A DNA stretch of 64,000 nt, taken from an uncultured delta proteobacterium. GTDB taxonomy: Bacteria > Desulfobacterota > RBG-13-43-22. Shown piece by piece: positions 57,944 to 64,000 of this stretch. The translations under genes were made by a program, and so were the position numbers. Below the pieces are notes generated by a model. That model did no database searches. It was given only the letters and a program-made list of their open reading frames with translations, and was not told where the DNA came from. Positions within the stretch are counted from its first letter, which is position 1, and each line of letters opens with the position of its first letter. The stretch is taken from positions 64,001 to 128,000 of the forward strand of contig CAVUPH010000020.1 of NCBI GenBank assembly GCA_963743305.1. Direction: 5' to 3'.

Positions 57944-58474
57944 ATGGAAAATAATCAAAATCAAAAACATACCATTTCGGTTTTAGTGGATAATGAACCC
58001 GGGGTTTTGTCCCGGGTGACCGGGTTGTTCAGCGGTCGGGGATTCAATATTGAAAGCCTCTGTGTGGCGGAAACCATGGAGCCCGAGGTTTCCCGGATAA
58101 CCCTGGTCACTCAGGGCAATGAGCAGATCGTCGAACAGATCACCAAGCAGTTGAACAAGCTGGTGAATGTGATCAAGGTGATCGATTTCACCCAGACCGA
58201 GTTTGTGGAAAGAGAAATGGCCCTGGTCAAGGTCAGGGCCGAAGCCGCCACCCGGGCGGAAATCCTGCGGATCGTGGATATTTTCCGCTGCCAGGTGGTG
58301 GATGTGAGCCCCCAGGAATATACCATCGAGGTCACCGGCAATGAAGGCAAGATCACGGCCATTTTGGACCTGCTGAGCCATTTGGGGATTAAAGAAATTG
58401 CCCGGACCGGGGCCATCGCCCTGGCCCGCAGCAAAAAAGAGGGGGCCTTGAAACGTGAAAAAATGAAAGGATGA
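57944..58474 (+). CDS. ilvN: Acetolactate synthase small subunit
   Basis: ACT domain N.PGVLSRV.GLFS.RGFNIESL, IARTG. Confidence 0.96.
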   Translation: MENNQNQKHTISVLVDNEPGVLSRVTGLFSGRGFNIESLCVAETMEPEVSRITLVTQGNEQIVEQITKQLNKLVNVIKVIDFTQTEFVEREMALVKVRAEAATRAEILRIVDIFRCQVVDVSPQEYTIEVTGNEGKITAILDLLSHLGIKEIARTGAIALARSKKEGALKREKMKG

Positions 58475-58524
58475 AGGGCTGTCGCCCTTATCTATAATTA
58501 GACTATTAGACTGAGGAGGAAAAG

Positions 58525-59514
58525 ATGAAGATTTATTATGATCAAGACGCCGACCTGAATGACCTGAAAGGGATCAAGGTGGCGATTATCGGCTACGGGA
58601 GCCAAGGGCACGCCCAGGCGCTGAATCTGCGCGATTCCGGGGTGGATGTGGTCGTGGCCGAATTGGCCGGAACGGACAATTACCGCTTGGCCCAGGAACA
58701 CGGCTTTTCTCCGGTGACGGCCGCCGAGGCCTCGGCTCAGGCCCAGGTCATCCAAATCCTGGCCCAGGACCATGCCCAGGCCTTTCTCTTTGAAAACGAA
58801 GTCAAAAAACACCTCCATCAGGGAAAGACCCTGGTCTTCTCCCACGGATTCAATATTCATTACGGGCAGATCCAGCCTGCTCCGGAGGTGGACGTGATCA
58901 TGGTCGCCCCCAAAGGTCCCGGGCACCTGGTCCGCCGCGAATACGAAAAAGGGGCCGGTGTCCCTTCCCTGGTGGCTATCTATCAAAATGCCTCGGGCCA
59001 GGCCCTGAAGATCGCCTTGGCCTATGCCAAAGGGATCGGGGCCACCCGGGCCGGAGTGATTGAGACCAACTTTAAGGAAGAGACTGAAACCGATCTTTTC
59101 GGGGAACAATCCGTCCTCTGCGGCGGGGTGACCGAATTGGTCAAAGCCGGGTTTGATACCCTGACCGAGGCCGGGTATCAGCCGGAGATCGCCTATTTCG
59201 AATGTCTTCACGAGTTGAAATTGATCGTGGATTTGATGTACGAAGGCGGCATCAGCCGCATGCGCTATTCGGTCAGCGACACGGCCGAATTCGGGGACCT
59301 GACCCGGGGGAAACGGATCATCACCGAGGAGACCCGGAAGGAAATGAAAAGGATACTGAAAGAGATCCAGAGCGGGGAGTTTGCCCGGGAGTGGATCCTG
59401 GAGAATCAGGCCAATCGTCCGGTTTTTAACGGGCTCAGACGGATCGAAGCCGAGCACCCGATTGAGGAAGTCGGGAAAAAGCTTCGGGGTATGATGAGCT
59501 GGCTGAAAAAATAG
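58525..59514 (+). CDS. ilvC: Ketol-acid reductoisomerase
   Basis: [43 protein letters not shown]. Confidence 0.98.
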   Translation: MKIYYDQDADLNDLKGIKVAIIGYGSQGHAQALNLRDSGVDVVVAELAGTDNYRLAQEHGFSPVTAAEASAQAQVIQILAQDHAQAFLFENEVKKHLHQGKTLVFSHGFNIHYGQIQPAPEVDVIMVAPKGPGHLVRREYEKGAGVPSLVAIYQNASGQALKIALAYAKGIGATRAGVIETNFKEETETDLFGEQSVLCGGVTELVKAGFDTLTEAGYQPEIAYFECLHELKLIVDLMYEGGISRMRYSVSDTAEFGDLTRGKRIITEETRKEMKRILKEIQSGEFAREWILENQANRPVFNGLRRIEAEHPIEEVGKKLRGMMSWLKK

Positions 59515-59528
59515 GCCACTGGATCCGG

Positions 59529-60164
59529 ATGCGTATTCCCGTCGCCCGCCAGGGGGCTCCCATTATCGCCTTGGGTTTGGGACTGGTGGTCCTCTGCGGA
59601 TGGCTGGGGAGCTGGATAGGCATGAGTCTGACCGGTCTCTTCGCGCTCTTCGCGATCGCCTTTTTCCGGGACCCCGAGCGGGTTTCTCCGAGCGGAAAGG
59701 GGGCGATACTGGCGCCGGCTGACGGGCGGGTGTTGCTGATAGAGGAACAGGGGGCTGGACCGGGGGGGGCGGAACGAACGTTGAAGATCAGTATCTTCAT
59801 GTCGGTCTTTAACTGCCATGTGAACCGGGTTCCGCTCAGAGGGGTTGTCGAGGGGATCGACTACCGTCCGGGAAAATTTTTTGCGGCCCACCAGGATCGG
59901 GCCTCCGGGCAGAATGAACAAAATATCCTCCACTTGAAAACGGATCAGGGAGATCACTTTACGGTGGTCCAGATCGCCGGGCTGATCGCCCGCCGGATCG
60001 TCTGCTGGGTTCGAAGCGGTGATCGGGTCGGCGCCGGCGATCGTTTTGGTTTGATTCAGTTCGGATCCCGGGTGGACCTCTACCTGCCCCTCGAATCCCG
60101 GATCACCATTAAACGCGGCGACCGCACTAAAGCGGGATTGACCGTGTTGGGGTATTTGCCATGA
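59529..60164 (+). CDS. psd: Phosphatidylserine decarboxylase proenzyme
   Basis: FFRDPER, APADG, IFMSVFNCHVNR.P, QIAGLIARRI, FGSRVD. Confidence 0.93.
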   Translation: MRIPVARQGAPIIALGLGLVVLCGWLGSWIGMSLTGLFALFAIAFFRDPERVSPSGKGAILAPADGRVLLIEEQGAGPGGAERTLKISIFMSVFNCHVNRVPLRGVVEGIDYRPGKFFAAHQDRASGQNEQNILHLKTDQGDHFTVVQIAGLIARRIVCWVRSGDRVGAGDRFGLIQFGSRVDLYLPLESRITIKRGDRTKAGLTVLGYLP

Positions 60165-60925
60165 AGATGCAGCGCAGAGCCAAAAAACGGCGGGATAGAA
60201 GAAGAGGCATTTTTTTATTGCCGAACCTGGTTACCACGGCCAGTCTTTTTTGTGGATTTTATGCCATCATCGCTGCTATACAGGGAAATTTTTACCAGGG
60301 GGCGATTTCCATCCTGGTGGCTGCCGTGCTGGATGGACTGGACGGGCGCATTGCCCGCATGACCCATACCACCAGCGCTTTTGGGGTGCAGTATGATTCC
60401 CTGTCAGACCTGATCGCCTTCGGCCTGGCACCCGGCATCGTGGTTTTTTTGTGGGCCTTGCGGCCTTTCAACCGCCTCGGCTGGCTGGCGGCCTTTCTAT
60501 ACGTGGTCTGCGGGGCCTTGCGCCTGGCTCGGTTCAATGTCCAGGTGGGGCAGGTGAATCCCAACTTCTTCGTCGGGTTGCCCATTCCGGCGGCAGCGGC
60601 CATCGTGTCCGCCACCATCCTATTTGTCTACCAGATGGGGGGGGCCAGTTCGACCGGCTATCTCTTGATCCTGATCATGATGTATACCCTTTCTTTTCTG
60701 ATGGTCAGCAACCTGAGCTATCCGAGTTTCAAGGGGTTAAAACTGGCGGAGCGGCGTTCGTTCAATGTCTTAGTCGCCGGGGTCCTGTTGTTTGTCCTGA
60801 TCGCCATGGAGCCCTTCGTGATGCTGACCGTCTTCATCCTGGGGTATGTCCTCTCGGGCCCGGCAGTCAGCCTTTATTTGTGGAAAAAAAAACCGATTCC
60901 GGAACCGGTTGAAAAACCGATTTGA
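60161..60925 (+). CDS. pssA: CDP-diacylglycerol--serine O-phosphatidyltransferase
   Basis: LPNL.T, DGLDGRIAR...S.FG..YDSLSD, ALRLARFN, F.GLP.P. Confidence 0.95.
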   Translation: MKMQRRAKKRRDRRRGIFLLPNLVTTASLFCGFYAIIAAIQGNFYQGAISILVAAVLDGLDGRIARMTHTTSAFGVQYDSLSDLIAFGLAPGIVVFLWALRPFNRLGWLAAFLYVVCGALRLARFNVQVGQVNPNFFVGLPIPAAAAIVSATILFVYQMGGASSTGYLLILIMMYTLSFLMVSNLSYPSFKGLKLAERRSFNVLVAGVLLFVLIAMEPFVMLTVFILGYVLSGPAVSLYLWKKKPIPEPVEKPI

Positions 60926-60986
60926 ATCTTCGGCCGGCAAGAATAAGAGGTGGTTTGCCCTTTTGGGTGGGCGGCCAAATCATATA

Positions 60987-61069
60987 AAGGACGAAAATCC
61001 CCCCAGCCCCCCTTTTCCTAAGGGGGGAGATAAAGTCCCCCTTTGGCAAAGGGGGATTTAGGGGGATTT
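60987..61069. repeat. Repeat family A, copy 3
   Basis: Same twin-hairpin sequence as 3612-3697; lies between pssA and leuA. Confidence 0.9.
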
Positions 61070-61129
61070 CCAAAGAGCCGGAATAACCCCCAAACCTTTC
61101 ATTTTCGTATTAAGGATTGCGGATTTTTT

Positions 61130-62662
61130 ATGGCGGAACGTATTATCATTTTTGACACCACCCTGCGGGACGGCGAACAATCCCCGGGGGCCAGCATGAA
61201 CAAGGCGGAAAAGCTCCGCCTGGCCCGCCAGTTGGAAAAATTAAAAGTGGACGTGATCGAGGCCGGATTCCCGGTGGCTTCCCAGGGGGACTTTGAGGCC
61301 GTGAGTCTGATCGCCAAGGAGGTCCGGGGATTGACGGTAGCGGCCTTGGCCCGGACCCAAAAAGGAGATATCGACCGGGCCTGGGAGGCCATCAAGACCG
61401 CGGCCGACCCCCGTCTGCATATCTTCATCGCTACTTCGGACCTTCATTTGAAGTACAAGCTGCGCAAGACCGGGCGGGAAGTGCTGGAGTTGATTCGGGA
61501 AGGAATCGGTTACGCCCGCCGCTATACCCAAAACATAGAATTCTCGGCCGAAGACGCCTCCCGGTCCAAAATCGGGTTTTTATCCCAGGCCCTGCAGACG
61601 GCCGTTAAGGCCGGGGCCACGACCCTCAATGTGCCGGACACGGTCGGCTACGCCCTGCCGGAGGAATTCGGAGAAAAAATACGTTTCCTGCGGGAAAAGG
61701 TCCAAGCCCCGTCGGAGGTAGTCTGGAGCGTGCATTGTCATAATGACCTGGGCTTGGCCCTGGCCAATTCCCTGGCGGCCATGGACCAGGGGGCCCGCCA
61801 GGTGGAAGTGACGATTAACGGCATCGGGGAAAGGGCCGGGAATACCTCCCTGGAAGAACTGGTCATGGCCCTTCATACCCGGAAGGATCTGAAGCCCTAT
61901 GTAACCCGCCTGGATCGGCGGCAGATATTCCCCACCAGCCGATTGGTCAGCCGGATCACCGGTTTGGTGGTGCCGGCCAACAAACCCATCGTGGGGGCCA
62001 ATGCCTTCGCCCATGAATCCGGGATCCACCAGGACGGGGTGCTTAAGAAACGGTCCACCTACGAAATCATGACCCCCAAGGACATCGGCTTGGGTCAGAA
62101 CCTGTTGGTCCTGGGAAAGCATTCCGGACGCCACGCCTTTGAGGAGCGGCTGAAGGAGATGGGCTACGCGCTGAACCCGGAGGATTTCCAGAAGGTCTTC
62201 GATCGCTTTAAAGACCTGGCGGATAAAAAGAAAGAGGTGGTCAACGAAGACCTGGAAGCCCTGATCGCCGATGAAATTCTGATGATCCCCGATACCTACA
62301 AGCTGATTTATCTGAACGTGATCAGCGGCAACGTGGCGGTCCCGACGGCTACGGTCCAGATCGAATGGAACGGGGAAATCCTCCAAAAGGCCGGATTCGG
62401 GGTGGGGCCCATCGATGCCACTTTCAATACCATTAAAAAGATCACCCGGACCAATTCCCAGCTTTTGAGCTTCGCGGTGAACGCCATCACCGGGGGCATG
62501 GATGCCCAGGGGCAGGTCAACGTACGACTGGAGGAGCAGGGGATCGTCGTTTTAGGTAAAGGCGCCGATCCGGATATCATCACGGCCAGCGCCAAGGCCT
62601 ATTTGAATGCCTTGAACCGGCTGGAGTATTTAAAAAAGAACCCGATTAAGAAACTGCGATGA
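61130..62662 (+). CDS. leuA: 2-isopropylmalate synthase
   Basis: [32 protein letters not shown], regulatory domain GPIDA. Confidence 0.97.
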   Translation: MAERIIIFDTTLRDGEQSPGASMNKAEKLRLARQLEKLKVDVIEAGFPVASQGDFEAVSLIAKEVRGLTVAALARTQKGDIDRAWEAIKTAADPRLHIFIATSDLHLKYKLRKTGREVLELIREGIGYARRYTQNIEFSAEDASRSKIGFLSQALQTAVKAGATTLNVPDTVGYALPEEFGEKIRFLREKVQAPSEVVWSVHCHNDLGLALANSLAAMDQGARQVEVTINGIGERAGNTSLEELVMALHTRKDLKPYVTRLDRRQIFPTSRLVSRITGLVVPANKPIVGANAFAHESGIHQDGVLKKRSTYEIMTPKDIGLGQNLLVLGKHSGRHAFEERLKEMGYALNPEDFQKVFDRFKDLADKKKEVVNEDLEALIADEILMIPDTYKLIYLNVISGNVAVPTATVQIEWNGEILQKAGFGVGPIDATFNTIKKITRTNSQLLSFAVNAITGGMDAQGQVNVRLEEQGIVVLGKGADPDIITASAKAYLNALNRLEYLKKNPIKKLR

Positions 62663-63966
62663 CTCGAAAAGCCCAGACCATTACCGAAAAAATCCTGGCC
62701 GCCCATGCCGGTTTGAAAACCGTCGAGCCCGGCCAATTGATCCAGGCCAAAGTGGACCTGACCCTGGCCAACGACATTACCGCCCCGATCGCCATCCAGG
62801 TTTTTAAGGAAGCCGGCGGGCGAAAGGTTTTCAACCGTCGGAAAGTCGTGCTGGTGCCGGACCATTTTGTTCCCAACAAGGATATCGCCGCCGCCGAACA
62901 GTGCCGCCTGATCAGGGAGTTCGCCCGGGAGCAGCAACTGGAATATTTTTTTGAGCTGGGCGAGATGGGGATCGAGCACGCCCTGCTCCCGGAGAAGGGA
63001 TTGGTGCTGCCCGGCGATTTAGTCATCGGGGCGGACAGCCATACCTGCACTTACGGGGCCCTGGGGGCCTTTGCCACCGGCGTGGGCAGCACGGACCTGG
63101 GGGCGGCCATGATCACCGGGACGACCTGGTTCAAAGTGCCGTCCAGCCTAAAATTTATTTATCGCGGCCGACCCCGGCCCTGGGTCTCCGGGAAAGACCT
63201 GATCCTCCATACCATCGGGGATATCGGGGTGGACGGGGCCTTGTATCAGGCCATGGAATTCTCCGGGCCGGCCGTCGCCCGGCTCTCCATGGCCGACCGG
63301 TTGACCATGGCCAATATGGCCATTGAGGCCGGGGCCAAATCCGGCATCTTCGAACCGGATGAAATCACCCGGGCCTACGTGCGGGAACGGTCAAAGAAGG
63401 AAGGCCGCTGCTACCACTCCGATCCAGGGGCGGAATACGCCGCGGTGCGGGAGTATGACCTGAGGGATATCGAACCGCAGGTGGCCTTTCCCCACCTGCC
63501 GGAAAATAGCCGGCCCCTGTCCCGGGTGGGCCGGGTTCCGATCGACCAGGCCGTTATCGGCTCCTGCACCAATGGGCGACTGGAGGACTTGCGCGTCGCC
63601 GCCCGGGTTCTAAAAAACCAAAAAACAGCCAGGGGGGTACGTTTAATCATCATTCCGGCCACCCCCTGGATCTATCGGCAAGCCATCAAGGAAGGTTTGG
63701 TGGAAATATTTCTGCAGGCCGGCGGAGTGGTCAGCACGCCGACCTGCGGTCCCTGTTTAGGGGGGTACATGGGCATTCTGGCCCAGGGGGAACGCGCCAT
63801 CGCCACCACCAACCGCAATTTTGTGGGCCGGATGGGACACCCGAAGAGCGAGGTCTATCTGTCCAACCCGGCTGTGGCCGCGGCCTCCGCCGTTTTGGGT
63901 CGGATCGGCGGAGTGGAGGAGCTACCCAAAACGGTAAGACGCCGGACGCCAAGCGCGCGGCGCTAA
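62659..63966 (+). CDS. leuC: 3-isopropylmalate dehydratase large subunit
   Basis: [37 protein letters not shown]. Confidence 0.95.
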   Translation: MTRKAQTITEKILAAHAGLKTVEPGQLIQAKVDLTLANDITAPIAIQVFKEAGGRKVFNRRKVVLVPDHFVPNKDIAAAEQCRLIREFAREQQLEYFFELGEMGIEHALLPEKGLVLPGDLVIGADSHTCTYGALGAFATGVGSTDLGAAMITGTTWFKVPSSLKFIYRGRPRPWVSGKDLILHTIGDIGVDGALYQAMEFSGPAVARLSMADRLTMANMAIEAGAKSGIFEPDEITRAYVRERSKKEGRCYHSDPGAEYAAVREYDLRDIEPQVAFPHLPENSRPLSRVGRVPIDQAVIGSCTNGRLEDLRVAARVLKNQKTARGVRLIIIPATPWIYRQAIKEGLVEIFLQAGGVVSTPTCGPCLGGYMGILAQGERAIATTNRNFVGRMGHPKSEVYLSNPAVAAASAVLGRIGGVEELPKTVRRRTPSARR

Positions 63967-64000
63967 GCCTTTTGCACAGTAAACCCGCGTGCCTGGGTCG

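Noticed and set aside
61043-61129. N-terminal extensions in the ORF track for leuA, nfo (26565), the spermidine-synthase-like gene (21455) and galT (40544)
   Set aside because: They mostly run through intergenic repeats or lack family similarity; downstream starts match the family N-termini.
56012-63966. psd-pssA embedded in the ilv/leu operon as a novel association
   Set aside because: This order is familiar from deltaproteobacterial genomes and is ordinary synteny.

Overview
A 64-kb bacterial chromosomal segment whose gene content and order (DUF465-ilvBNC-psd-pssA-leuAC, DUF2889, UPF0280, CoA-ester enzymes) point to Desulfobacterota/Deltaproteobacteria. Most of it is housekeeping: gap, tRNA-Val/Asp, guaBA, dnaE, nfo, glgP/galT, thiL, ndk and ilv/leu. 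Intergenic regions carry several families of dispersed palindromic and heptamer repeats. Two loci stand out. (1) An archease-rtcB pair in which the codon for the metal-binding Cys of RtcB (GYDIN-C-GVR) is an in-frame TGA followed by a SECIS-like hairpin, which suggests a selenocysteine-containing RNA ligase. (2) A divergent cluster at 27.7-32.9 kb encoding an MFS transporter, two paralogous kinase-fold proteins that both lack the catalytic Asp (one fused to a cNMP-binding domain, one to a Zn finger), and an FHA/pseudo-receiver/class III nucleotide cyclase; a dynamin-like GTPase pair follows it. Also seen are a vapBC module with integron-cassette (attC-like) features between structured direct repeats, and a candidate structured ncRNA at about 5.7 kb. 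Several genes carry single-base frameshifts that look like assembly errors, so single-nucleotide inferences need read-level confirmation. All calls come from reading the sequence by eye; no database searches were run.
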